Assembly (NCBI GenBank): GCA_021432655.1 | Contig: MU271289.1 | Span: forward strand, 1 to 64,000 | Direction: 5' to 3' | DNA length: 64,000 nucleotides | Origin: Atractiella rhizophila | Lineage: Eukaryota | Shown: positions 27,407 through 40,412 of the stretch, piece by piece | Numbering within the stretch: position 1 is the first letter of the stretch | How the letters are laid out: each line of letters starts with the position of its first letter | Notes under the pieces: model-generated | Databases searched by the model: none | Told to the model about the DNA's origin: nothing | The model's input: the letters and a program-made list of their open reading frames with translations, nothing else | Translations under genes and position numbers: made by a program

Positions 27407-27995
27407 TTTATTATTTGAATGTAACAGAAAGGGCACACAATGTAGGAGTATAAATGGAATTCAATAGTTTGTTGCAGCTATCCCACCAATCGAAACCACA
27501 CAGTGGAATCCGCAAGTTCCTCCCATTGAAGTACAACGAAGAATAAAGAACTTTCTGTGATTATGGTACAAGCAAACAAACACAGTTTGCGGGTAGTCAG
27601 TGCGGAGAAGAATCTTGTAGACAATAGGTACTCAACCAGAGGGCTAACCAGATACGATGACAGCGACGAAAGAGTAGCAAAGGGTGAAGGTCATGTCCCT
27701 CTATCTATACTACCATGGCAGTTTCACTGAAGCCTCTAGAGATAACTGTTAACGTAAGCAACTTGAAGAATAATTTGGAAAAGACTAGCAGTAGAGAGGC
27801 AGAAATGTTTCCAAAGTTGATTCACAGAAGAAGAGAGACAGAAGGAGTCGCTACAACGTGTGGAGCAACTCAATTCTGGTTGATTCTCGAATCACTCTCA
27901 GTCACTTGGTTAGGCAAGCTGATCGATTTAATAAACAGTTTGGGACAAGTTCATGATTCAGCACCGGATAATCTCGCAAAGCGCCTTTGGATAGT

Positions 27996-29600
27996 TCATT
28001 GAGTCTTCCATACCCCATTAGGATTTAGGAGTCTGTTTTCAAGTCCAAAATGCCAATATCTCAACATGACCTCCCATAGGCGCTCCACGCCAGCGAGTGG
28101 GCGACTTCGACAAAACAGGCAATCAAATCGTGTTATCGCTGCGGTCTTATGCAATGTTAATATGTTCGAAATAACATTCAAACCGCCAAGAGGCATTCGC
28201 CAACAGCTCCTGTCAAGTACTTCTTCAAGTTTCGAATCGGAAAGAAGAGTTGGTAGCGCAACGGTACGAAGTTTTGAGCCTTTCGGCTGATACCTTGTAT
28301 GTGCCTCAGGAAGATGGCAAGTAACGATTTCTGAGCTCTGTATAAAAGAGGATATTGTAAGTAGAATGACATTAATCAGGGCAATCTAAGATTGATGATG
28401 TCAAAGGAAGAAGCAATCAAGAATGCTGAGAGCAGGAACTTTCACTTCTTTAAGGAAGTTGATTGTCCAGCGAGTGACGAATATTACTTGCTCAAAGCGT
28501 GCGTCCACCACACGCTTTTTTGCGGTTCTTGAAATTCGCATTAGGGCAGGTCACACCTTGGAGGAATCTGTTCATTTTACGCCCGGAACGTACAACTTGG
28601 TTTTGGATAGTGCGGGAAAGGAAATTCTTCCTTCGATAGATTCCACTGCCAAATTGTGGCTGCAAGGGACGTAACCTTTCGTTTCTGTTAAATTGGTGGC
28701 ATAGTCTCTAAACATCAAACCAATAGGTCAAGGGTGTCCAGAACCTTGCTCTTGGAGATTCAAAGGCAAACACTATCATGAGAGTAAGTTCAACAGCCTG
28801 CTATATCAATAGTGGAAACATATACATAACACGCAGTTTTCGAACATGTGTCGGTCTGCAAATCTAGGGGTGATGGGAATGATCCGTTGAAGACGTTGTG
28901 CGAGTTGTGGAGGCGAAAAAGATCGGAGATCGGGTAAAGCACTGAATGTAGAGACTGAGGAAGAGGCTCCGTCTTAGCTTTCTAGCCCAGGACAATACCT
29001 GAGGCACAAACTGTAACTGTAACATGTATGTAATTGAGCATTAGAAAAAACAAACGGATTTGATGGATTTGTTGTTGGCTATTGGAAGGTCGGTCTTGGT
29101 ACAAGAAAGGTGTGCCGCATCCGGTACACATCATACGAACTGATGCAAGCGATTTTGCAAACAACGATGACCTTCTCAACGAGCCAAGGTGAAAGAAGCA
29201 CATTAACGAGGCACTTCGGAGTCACAAACTGAAATAACAGGCACAATTTGAGAGCATACTTCATCTCACCATTATTTGTGTCCCAAAAAATGGACATAGA
29301 GTCATTATCTCCCCATTCAAATATGCACCTCTTCCTCTTTCCGTTCTTCACTGACAGCTGGATATAGCCGATCGATTTGCCAACGCCGACACGCATGCAG
29401 CAAGCTGCAGGTCCACCTTCGTTGCATCTTTCGGACTTTTGGGCTTTTCCCCTTCGAAAAGCTGATTTTGACATTACTTGTGACACTCATAGCCTACTAT
29501 GGAATCAAAAATTATCAGAGCGTTGAAACGCGACATAACCGTCCCTGAAATCGCGCTTATTATTGCGAATGAGCTCGGGTTATCAGGCGCGTAATTCCTC
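27996..29600 (-). CDS. Unknown, possibly F-box/LRR-like gene (intact or decaying)
   Basis: 3' exons can be joined in frame through short introns (LPDLRSF..FPALSKTKL..SEIVTCHLP..GVWKTQ*). The 5' part has F-box-like traces (PELIRN, LLHACRRW) but is not resolved. Confidence 0.35.
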
Positions 29601-29811
29601 CATCAGCGCGTTGTAATCTCCTCTAAAAATTTCTTGACATAGACATTGAGTCTAGGAAGGGATTGCGACGCGCTCTTGGAAGTGTGAAAGAACTTGGAAT
29701 CCCAAACTACAGCAACTGTGTACATCGACGAATCCTCACATTATCGCTGGCATCTGGTGCGTCTTTCCTAGTTCTATCGTAAAAAACACCCTCATTTATT
29801 ACTCTCGGCAA

Positions 29812-32144
29812 TGGTATAGCCACCTTCTCTTTCTTCTCTTCGTCGATACCCAAATAGGTGTCCTTCTCATCACCTCTAGTCAGTCGTCCGGCTGCGATCT
29901 ACTTCTCGCTTCCCAGGTTGAATGTGCGAGCAGAATACATACCCATCCTCTGCACCTGGTTGCAGAGCGCTGACCCTTTCATCTACTTCCCTCCTCTTCG
30001 CGCACTCACGGCGATGTCCAGCCTAGGCGGAGGATTGAGAGATGAAAAGCTGGTCACTCTTCGACAAGGCGGGCAACGAATGGTCGATCTCGCACGTACG
30101 GGGGGAGGCGCTCACGAGAGCGAAGAGCACAGAGCAGAGACAACTGCGTTGTCGGTGATATGTTTAGGTCATTTGGGTCTTATGGCTTTCGATGGATTGT
30201 TTGACGACCCTGTCGCCCTGAAGAAACTGCATGCCTTCAAGTTTTCTCTCACCGATTTTTGTCTTGCCATGGTCACAGGCTGCTACCACGAGGATCCGCA
30301 TGTCCATTCTCACGCTCTTGATGGACTGCGAGCCTGTGTGGGATATGTGTCCCAGGAAGAGTGGAAAGCTTTGAGTGCTGAAGATAGAAAGAAGGTGGAG
30401 GAGTGTTTGGTGGGACATTTATGTGCTCCGAAGCTGTGGGCGAGGCAGGTAGCTATGACCGGTATCATTTGGTACGCGTTTACTTCAATACAGTCCATTC
30501 AGCTGTTGACGGGACGTTGTATTAAGTTTGAACAGAACTAGGATTTTCGAGTCCAATGCCATGAACCCCCTGGCTATGATGACAGCCTCCTCCCGATTCG
30601 ATGCTGAGTGTCGTGATGCCATGAAAAACTTTTATGCCAACCCTACAGACTCCATGGTTTCCCACCAAATGTCCAACTTGAACGAGTTCCAGGATATGTT
30701 GTACGACCTCGTCAACAAATCGGACAGAGACTTTTATAAAGTCCATTTCTTCATCTTTCTCCATTTCCTCCAGCAAATGACTCATTCCCTATTGTTCTGA
30801 GTAGGTGGGAAAGCGTCTTCACGAACTTTTGATGACAGACGAGTTCGTGATCGGCCACGGCTTCTTCTCTATGATCCCAAGAGAATCAAATGTACCCCCA
30901 CTGCCCTCAAATCTCAACTCCTTCATCGACCTTCTTCCGGTTTGCGCTGATGCCATACGTGAAAGGGATGGAAGCGATTCTGTAGAAGCGAACTGCCTGG
31001 AATTGAAGTTCGAGTTGCTCAATCAGCGTCACCAGAAAGCAAGGACGAAGGCACTAAAATCGACGGAGAAGTTTCCTGAGGTTCCATATTTCTACTATGT
31101 GGCGGCTATGGTGAGAGAGGATAGCCCTTCGCTTGGCGTCGAGATCGCGAGAAAAGTGCTTCATCCCCATCCTGTGTAGTCCATATAACGAAAGAGGTTT
31201 AGGGACTCCGATGCGATCCTGAGCCTAGAGCATATGTCAAACTCGGCTTGCTGAGATCTTCGATTACGCTCTCCACTATGCTTGCACTCAAACTAGGACA
31301 AGCAGACGAGGAGCTGATACACCTACTTCCTCATGGCTCGGTGGCTAGTGTTTTGTCGACGATTCTGCGATCAGCGAGAGAGGATTGTCGCACGTACATG
31401 GAAGAAGGTCTCTTCAACAAGTCTCCTTATGCTTGTTAAGTTAAACTGATATGTTGGATGTTACAGCCGGACCAGATGCTCGAGAACTACGTGTGATTAT
31501 TCTGGAACGCATCCTTCTCGAAGTCACCTTGGAAGGTCATCAATTGCGAGGCTCCCTTCAAGAGTTGAAAGCTTTCCGTGAGAGGTTGAGAGTGATTGAT
31601 AAAATTAGTGCGCTGATTTATAATGAACCAGCCTTGTGCCTTTTCGCCCTATGTCACACTACCAAGAATTACTCACTCTTATTTTGCGTGTATAGAACCC
31701 AGGGGCGCAAATCTGTTCAATTTATCCTCTCTCACTTTTCAAGCGCTCAGAAGCAGTGGCAACCGGTGTTCAACACTCGCAAATCAGGCGATGATGTAGC
31801 GGAGGAGATGAAGCTCAAAGTCGGAATGGACGACTTGGCAACTAACATGGCAGCCGGGATACGACTAGAAGAGGAAGAGGACGGTTGTATGTCACACATT
31901 CATCCGAGAGTGCATGCCAATTCGCTTGAGCTTTACATTTGCTCATTTTGCCGCAACCCTACCGCGAAAGTGAGGTTGTGTACAGGTTGCCGTAAGTGGT
32001 TTCTTCGCGCCGCTAGAACTTCGTTCACATTTCAGTCTAGATAAGGCACGTCATTGCGACGCTAGTTGTCAAAAAAGAGCTTGGAGGAGGGGACACAAGG
32101 ATGTATGTTCTGTCCTCAGAGATCTTCCAATCCAACTGACTTGA
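29812..32144 (+). CDS. Helical-repeat protein with C-terminal MYND zinc finger
   Basis: CSFCRNP..LCTGC|..HCDASCQKRAWRRGHKDVC; long helical exons upstream; start approximate. Confidence 0.8.
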
Positions 32145-32195
32145 GCACCTCTTTCAGGTGTGCAAAAAGAAAACAAATTAACCATATATCTATGA

Positions 32196-32338
32196 CAAGC
32201 TCGACTCCGCAAATTATTCGTATTCGTTTTAGCAAGATCAACCTTACAAAATTACTCGTATTTGTTTAGCAGGCTCGACCTCACAAAATTCTCCAAATCG
32301 CTTTGGCAAGCTCACAGAATTTCCTGTATTCGTTTTAG
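32196..32338. repeat. Degenerate ~37 bp minisatellite, 4 copies
   Basis: Approximate unit caagctcgacct.acaaaatt.tcgtattcgttttag. Confidence 0.75.
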
Positions 32339-32571
32339 CCTAACAAAGTCTATAATTTCAGTTCCTTGGCAATCTCGAAAATGCCTTTTTCTAATAAAGA
32401 GTCTCGCCTATTAAGGTTCGTTAGTCAGATCGGGGCATGTTCATTCATGCGTGTGTAGTCCCTGTTTCGGCGCAGTAAACGCTATCGACAAGTTGAATTT
32501 ATGAACCGACCGCAGATCCGTCCACTTCTTTAAGTTTTCAACTTTGCTTTGTTTTCTTTCAATCGTGAACA

Positions 32572-33978
32572 ATGTCCGCGCTGTCGGCCTCTTACTTCCC
32601 TAGTCGTGCTTACGATGAAGCTTTTTCTGGACTTGTGGCGGGCATGGCGTCAACTGTGACGATGCATCCTTTGGATTTATTGAAGGTCAAATTTCAAGTT
32701 GGCACAGAAAGGAGTCGCATAACTCGGGAGCTCAAGAAAATTATCAGTAAAGATGGTGTTACAGGTCTGTACAGAGGCATTGGAGTAAATATTTTGGGCA
32801 ATGGCACTGGTTGGGGCCTCTACTTCCTTTGGTAAGCCGATGTTACATCTTTTCTTTTCAACACTACATAATATTCCACTACCCCTAACAGAAAAAAATA
32901 TGTAGTTCTGCACATTCCTCTGTTAGACCTACCTACCTAAACTAACATTGTTCTCTTACTTCCTGAAATTGTGCGTTGAAACACGCTGCCCTGAGTTTGT
33001 TAGTGTTATCGGAGCGACCGAAAAGAACGCCATTTTCAAGCTTCCAAAAAGTCCACAGCTTATTATATGCTCTCTCACTAAAGCATTAGAAGTTTTGTTT
33101 TCGTGCTGTTAAGCTGACATGCTACTGCTCAACCTGACTCCACCACAGGTACACTCAATTGAAGCAACGTGCGGCGCAAAGGATGGGAGATCCATCAGCA
33201 AAGCTGTCTGCACCTCAGCATTTACTAAAAAAAAAAAAAAAAAAAAAGGCGCTGCTTCAGCAATGGTAACAAATCCACTATGGGTGGTAAAGACTCGAAT
33301 GTTTGCGACACCCAGAAGCGCTCCAGAAAGTTATCGCAGCATTTGGGGTATATGTCCTGCCTCTTCCTCACGGCAATATCCAGCTCACTGCCTGAGTAGA
33401 CGCTCTGAGCCGCATATGGCGATCGGAAGGAGTTGTCGGATTATATAGAGGAAGTTTTCTTGCATTGCTGGGGGTTTCGAATGGAGCAGTGCAATTTATG
33501 TGCTACGAGGAGTTGAAGAAATGGCGGAAGGAACGGACGCGAAAGACAGATCTTGTCAGTGTCTCACATATTCTTCCATCCACTGCACTGCAACAGTCAC
33601 TGATGTGGTTACAATTCAGAGCAATAGCGAATACATCCTTCTCTCAGGTGCCAGCCGGTTGATGGCTCTTTGCGTGACGTATCCTCTCCAAGTGATCCGT
33701 TCCCGAATACAGGTGGATTTTCACTCATTCTTACTTCATCACCGCAGTGCAGCCACTAACACACTTCGCATTAGTTTCTGCCGTCTGATTACCCAAATAT
33801 ACCACAAGCAATAAAGAGGACCTTTATTCAAGACGGATTTCGTGGTTATTATCGTGGATTGCTGCCAAATTCTTTGAGGATCCTTCCAGGAACGTGTGTA
33901 ACTTTTGTGGTATATGAAAATTGTGCGAGGATACTTCGGCAGCGAGCAGAAGCAAGGGAAATGATGGTGAAGGACTAG
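32572..33978 (+). CDS. Mitochondrial FAD/folate carrier (Flx1/SLC25A32-like); frameshifted at an A21 tract as assembled
   Basis: HPLDLLKVKFQV, GLYRG..WGLYFLW, TNPLWVVKTRM, GAVQFMCYEELK, TYPLQVIRSRIQ, LRILPGTCVTFVVYE. Confidence 0.85.
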
Positions 33979-34065
33979 TATTTGTTTTCTGACACTTAGA
34001 GCTTGATGATCCTTTCTAGCGGAGTACACTAATGCTTAGAATAATATTCAGTGGTCTTTCCTATC

Positions 34066-36767
34066 TCAGAATTGAGCGACGGCAGCTCCATCAGCTCGTG
34101 GATCACTAGGATCATGCAAGTCAAGTAAGACAAGTAATTGTACAATAAAAGACACACCTTCCCGCCGCCCATACCAGCTTTCCCGTTTTTGCATCCACCA
34201 ACTTTTGGATGATCTGCCACAAGTTTAGGAGCTGCTCAAGGAGTAAGAGATCCACAGCAAAATACCTGTCCCCTGCCAAACTGTCCACGCCCGTACCCAG
34301 AAACGAGTTCTACGTCGTGTCCCATGTCTTTGAGCATGCTTGCGACCTTAGGCTGAAAGCACCGGGGTGAGGACGAGGAGTTGCTGAGGAAGGAGCGACT
34401 TACGTCAATACCTTCCTCGAGAAACACTTCGGAGTTCACAATGCTGCCCATACTCCCACTGTCGTCTTCAGGCATTCCAGCTGATATACAAAAACGAGGG
34501 GCATCTAAAGGATTCAAGTTTAAAACATGTTTGGTTTATAGGAAACATACTGCGTACCAAGAGCTGCTTGCGGGTTCATACCAAAGTGGAGCATGTTGAG
34601 TAGGACTTAGACATGCCCTTGCGGTTGCCTGCACCCATATCTTAGCGCGAACAGCAAAACATCGGAAGTCGACACGCATGAAGCCGCCCATTACACCATC
34701 TTTATCCTCTACCATCAGTTAAGGAAAAAGAACAAAAGGACGCTCACAAGCCATGAAGAGATCATCGTCCCGCGTAGCCATTGCAGGGATAATCTAATAT
34801 TCTATCAACCTCTTGCTGCAGACATATTATTATCCTACAGTGTGGTAGGGCCGCTTGCCGCCGTCAAGACAGTTGGGATGGCCCTCCTCCAACACAAAGT
34901 TGGAGCCTCTGTTTTGAAGAGTGAAACCGCAACCTCTCGGGATGGCACCGTTTCCGAATCCTGAGCAAGCGTCAGCTGTAGGCAAAATAAGAATAGGAAG
35001 ACTTAACCAGCATAGTTAGACATGATAAAGGAGCAGGCATTACCGTCTGCGTCGGAAGTAGAAAGCGTCAGCTGTAGGCAAAATAAGAATAGGAAGACTT
35101 AACCAGCATAGTTAGACATGATAAAGGAGCAGGCATTACCGTCTGCGTCGGAAGTAGTGAAGTAAACAGTATCAGAGCTAATAACGGGGGAGCCCTAATC
35201 TCCTGTTAACAACGAGCAGAATAAAGAAACAAGTCAATACTGTTGTCACGTCTGCTTTCGCCTTAGTCGGGTCAAACAGCTCTGCTCTGCTCTTCAGGTA
35301 CTCCTACAAAATTATGAACCAGGGACTTTCATCTTTAAGATGAGACGGCTACTGTTGAAAGAAGTTCCTTCACGGGAACAGGATATTTTTCCGGATCTGC
35401 CACGTAATATCTCGTGTCGGCGAAAGCGAAACGCATGCTCTCACTAAACCCGTCAATGAGCGATTTGATGTACATTGAAGAAATATCTCACATAAGAGCA
35501 TGAAGCCATTCCACGGAATTATGCGTCGTCTGCAAACTGTCTTTATTCCATGGGACCTTTTTCATCAAACAGAGCTGATCAAGGATCCCGAGCGCAATGA
35601 GAGCTGTGAGGCCCTGTCCATTTGGAGCATGCTCATGCAGCGTAACTGGGCTTCCAGAGGAAACAGGCGTCGAGAGGTACTTATAGCTAATGGGTTTCGT
35701 TGGCGTTGAGGTATGAGAAGCGAGATCTTCAAGTGTCATTACGCCGCCTTGGCTCTGAACCACTGTCCATATCGTTTCTAATCAGCATAGCACAGAAAAC
35801 TAGGGAAGGGCTCACCGTCGACGAGGGATTCCGCAACTCTCCCTTTGTAAAAGCCCGACTTCCCTTTCTCAGCGACCTCTCTGAATGTCTGCGCGAGATT
35901 CTCGTTCCTTCTGGATGTCAGAAAATGAAATGATCCAACGCAATCCTCACCTCCAAAGCTCTCCAGCATTAGGTCCCCTGTACCTCAACGGGATACTCTC
36001 GTCGTTCACCAACATCTCGGGTCCATTGGGCGAAGCTTCGAGAAGTCGCTTTGCAGATCGTTTCCACTAATCCATAAATTGAGTCTGGCTACGATTGAAA
36101 TGAAAAAATGATACAGAGTCAGAGGTGAGTTCGGAAATGGGCACTCCTCCTTCAGCAAGTTCGATAGCAGGCAGAAGTATCTCTTTCAATGTGAGTTTGC
36201 CGCTTCCAAACATTTCAACGGTATCCACCCAAGCGGCAGCGCTGCCGGGAACAGTAACAGAGTTGATGTTGGTGAGATGAATTGAGTGTCCCTTGATTCC
36301 TAATTCGCGAGCTTTGGAGAGCGTGAGGGCAGCTGGGGAGCGACCAGATCCGTTAAGGGCTTTCATCGTCTTCGATTTCGCATCCCAGAACAAACTAACT
36401 CTTCATTGAAGCCACGCCACGGCAGTGGAACCAAGAGAGACTGACCAGAATACATCTCCACCGATTCCACAGCTACATGGCTATACATCCTTCAGATTTT
36501 GGGATAATGACAAAGAGCGAGCATTACTTCAGTAAGATTAATAGCAGCTGCAGTAGCCACAGCAGCATCGGCTACAAACCTGCGTTCAACATTATCTCTT
36601 TTTGAAAGTTACGATGTCGCACCAGCATTCCCGCCTTTTTTCAGGACTTCCAAACCACATTGAACAGCGAAGGGTTGACTGGCGGAAACCATGCCTTTGG
36701 TAGAGAAGACGACGGAGCGTCTCGAGTTGAAAGCGATGTTTGGAGGAATCGATGAGGGAGGAGCCAT
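34066..36767 (-). CDS. Gamma-glutamyl transpeptidase family protein
   Basis: [50 protein letters not shown] (Thr nucleophile), [26 protein letters not shown]; many introns. Confidence 0.92.
34967..35157. repeat. Perfect tandem duplication, period 96 bp, inside the GGT gene
   Basis: 34967-35061 is identical to 35063-35157; spans an exon end plus most of the following intron. Confidence 0.97.
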
Positions 36768-37952
36768 TGTGACAGTTCCGTGCGACGGGGAATGAAAACA
36801 AAGCCTCAGATTGAGAGTTTCTGACGATGTGTTATCAGGTGATGCAGCCAGGTTGTCCTAAAGCTTGGCTTGGTAGTAGCAATAGGAGCAGATAGGCAGA
36901 GGCTCAAAGAGGAATCTACGATGTCTACGATGGAAATGAAATCATGCTAAGTAATTTCAAATGCTGATCAGAAGGCTCAAAGTGTGAACCTTGTGCGGGA
37001 GAAACAGCAGTCCAAAGAGATGAGATGACAACAGAACTCATTTGCACAATCGCAAAGCTGTCTGGAGAGAGAGAAGTTACAATAAGGATGATTGCTGCCC
37101 AGAATGCTTACAATTTGTCTCTAGTGCGGTTGCTCTGCTAGTCCTAACATAACTTGAAGCGATTCATGAGATGAGATTGTCTGGTACGGCATACATAGAC
37201 TAGAATTTGAGGCAGTAGATCCTGCACCTGCGAGACCGAAGACATGCTCCATGGCACTGCTGCATAAGGGTATGTATTAATCTGTAAGAACGATTTGATA
37301 TCGAGTTCCCTTTCAAACCAAAAATCCAGGAGCGAGCAGTTTGAGATACCATGGCGCAGTCGTCAATCAGATGATCATGGCTCACGTTTCTCGGCGTTTA
37401 CTGTCAAAGGTAGTTTATTATTCTGAGAGAAAAGTCGCGATAAAAAAGTCTTCACACTGTCAAGTCGAGTTTATGATGAGAGACTGTAGCCACTCTGTGA
37501 CCTAGTGAGATAAATGTGTGCGATACAACCTCTAAGGTGCCTTGCTTAAATCATCCAGGTTGACGAGATATCTGGAGTAACCCTCCCAACAGAACGCGCA
37601 CCATGCTTTTTGACTCTCTCATAAGTCAAGCCAGGCCCCCAGCTCGATTTTTCTGTTGCCATCCACACCTGCCAGCATCGCCCTTTCGTTATTCTATCTA
37701 CAATTAACTTGGGTAAGTCACGACAAACAAAGCGCAAGAACAAACGTGTTAAAGTGTTGTTGTTCACGTCCATAGAAACCTAAACGTTCGGAACCTTACC
37801 CCAGCTAACCACCTTTGTCCAACCAACGAAGTCAAGTCAGTCAGAAGTCACTCAAAGGGAAAGGTATAAAAGCCACCTTTTCACCTCAAATTCCCACTCA
37901 CACACAACTTACCAGTTTCCACAAATTTTCTTACCCTAGCTTTCTTCCCAAA

Positions 37953-38871
37953 ATGGTCAATCTTACTACGTATGTGCAAGCACCGTCCTTCAATGGTCGC
38001 CCCTAACGTGTCCCTTTCCGTGACCAATAGCTCTGATGGAGAGTCCTACACCGTCGAGAAGGACGTGGCGTGTCGTTCTGTCTTGATCAAGAACATGCTT
38101 GAAGGTGAGCAGTCTCAGTCTCTTCTCTTTGTTATCATCACGAACAGTTTGGGGTCCGGCTGTGCCTTGTCAGGCCAGCGCTGATTCAAACATCGTTCTG
38201 CATCAGGTCTAGGTGATCATCGCACTTGAGAAATTGTTCAATATCTATTGTGTGATCCTGAATTCACAGACGGAGGGAACTGACGTGCATGCGATCGATG
38301 ACAGATATCGGAGAGAGCGACAACCCCATCCCCCTCCCCAACGTGTCTTCCAATGTTCTGAAGAAGGTGCGCACTTGTCTTTCGATTATCGGCGGAACGG
38401 TTGGAGTGATGGAATAATCTTAGGTCCTTGAGTGGTGCGAACATCACAAGAAAGATCCCGAGCCCATTTCTGAGGATATCGACGACACGAGGCGGAAAAC
38501 AACTGAAATTTCTGATTGGGATCAGAAGTACATTCAGGTCGATCAAGAGATGTTGTTTGAAATCATCCTCGCTGCCAACTATCTCGACATCAAGCCTCTT
38601 CTGTACGTTCGTTCCCGTCATAGCTGTTAGGAGTGGGGTTTCGAAGTTGGTTCTTACTCTGGTATGAAGGGATGTGGGATGCAAAACCGTTGCCAACATG
38701 ATCAAGGGCAAACAACCCGAAGAGATCAGGAAGCTCTTCAACATTGGTACGTTGAATGTTATTCCCGTGGTGATTAATCAGCTAACCATCCTCGTTTCTG
38801 CAGTGAACGACTTCACTCCTGAGGAGGAGGCTCAAATCAAGAAGGAGAATGAATGGGCTGAGGACCGTTAA
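37953..38871 (+). CDS. SKP1: SCF complex subunit Skp1
   Basis: [117 protein letters not shown] at ~37865. Confidence 0.97.
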
Positions 38872-39149
38872 ATCCTTCATCCCATTTCGCTTGTCTGGAG
38901 TTCTTTTAGACTCAACAGAATGAAAGCCTACCTTTTCAGCAGCTTCTTATTCACGATCTTTCTTCCAAGTGTATCTGTTTGTATGAAGTGTATCGAATGA
39001 ATACGGTTAGCCTCATCTCCAAGAAGTGCACTTGAGCGAAAACAGAATATTTATATTCAGTACTTTTTGGTAGTAATTTTGTTCCGGTGCATTGGCGGGC
39101 CATAGTGACTTTCCAGTGCACAACTTAGAGTAAACAAGGCGAAAGAAAT

Positions 39150-40412
39150 CTACCACTTCTCCCTCTCAAACTGCACCAACATATCGCAGACCGTTTCTTC
39201 CATACTCCGATACTTCATAGCAAGGATTCTCTTCTCCTTCGTCCTATCATGCACCAATCGATGCCTCTTCTCACCCTTCTCGCCCTTCACAAGTAGGTTT
39301 GAAGGTTCGGATTCGGACGTAAGGAGTTAGCGGCGCACACTAAACGCACGAATCCAAGATCATTCATGCATCCACCGTGAAGAGAAATCGTGCGAACCGA
39401 AATCCTGCCAGACAAACTCTCCGGCGTTGACGATGATCCTCTCTCCTCCCGCTTCTGGTACCTCCAAAGCTTTTACACAAGCAGCAGCGACGTCTCTCGA
39501 GTCGACCCAACCATGTCCCGGTTCAGTGAGTAGGGACAAGCCGAAATAGGTCCCTTCTCGAAGGCAAGTGCGTAGGCATTGATTGGTGAAGTTGGGCGTA
39601 TCGTCAGTAGTGTGAATTACGGGCTGTCGTAAAAGAAGTGGTTCAGGAGAGGAAGAGAAGGAGAAGAAGGGGTGACATACGCCAAATACCCATGGTGGAC
39701 ATATGGTTACAAGATCCCATGAAGGACGATGCTTTTTGACAAATTCCCAGGCACCTGTGTTGCCAAGAAACATCAGCTTCTAAAGGAAGAAGAGGCACTA
39801 CGCACGCTTCTCAGCGATTGTCTTGGATGCAGAGTATTTGTCTATCCCCTCTGCGTCTTTCCCTAGCCTTTCGCACCTCGCGATGGCGCCATCGTTCCAT
39901 ACTTCTTCGTTCACAATACATGGTTCCGTCGCAGCCGCATTGATAGCGGTACAGGAGGAAATATAGACGATGCGCTTGAGTGAGGATCCCCGATTCACAG
40001 CGCTCTTGAGGATCGAGAGTGTACCGTTCACTGTGGGGACAATGATATCTACGGCATCGTTCAAAGTCAGTTATAAAGATGAAGAGAAAACTGAAAACAA
40101 AAGAGAAAACGGACCTTCAGGATGCTCAGCCGTCATTCCCATCTGAGCAGCAGCATGGACAATCCCCTCACAGCCCTCTACCGCCTGGTCGTATGCACCA
40201 TCCACCTTCATCTCAGGAACAACCGCAATTTCTAGTCTTCCACGTTCTTTGAAACCGGAGTAGATCTCAAGCAGTCGCTGTGCTTTGGACGCTTCCCGAA
40301 CTGCACAGACCACAGTATGACCTTTCTGCAGGAGGAGGCCAACAAGGTAGGATGCAATGAAACCATTGGCACCAGTAACAAGTATTCGTGATGGCGAAGT
40401 GAGGGCGGCCAT
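39150..40412 (-). CDS. NADPH-dependent aldehyde reductase (Gre2/Ari1-like extended SDR)
   Basis: ILVTGANGFIA, GIVHAA, VNGTLSILKSA, RIVYISS, YSASK (YxxxK), WVDSRDVA, GGERII. Confidence 0.92.

Noticed and set aside
32196..32338. CRISPR-like periodicity
   Set aside because: Degenerate adjacent units without unique spacers, eukaryotic context, no cas genes.
33119..33448. ORF with a poly-lysine run
   Set aside because: Produced by the A21 tract; its first half is the wrong frame of the carrier gene.
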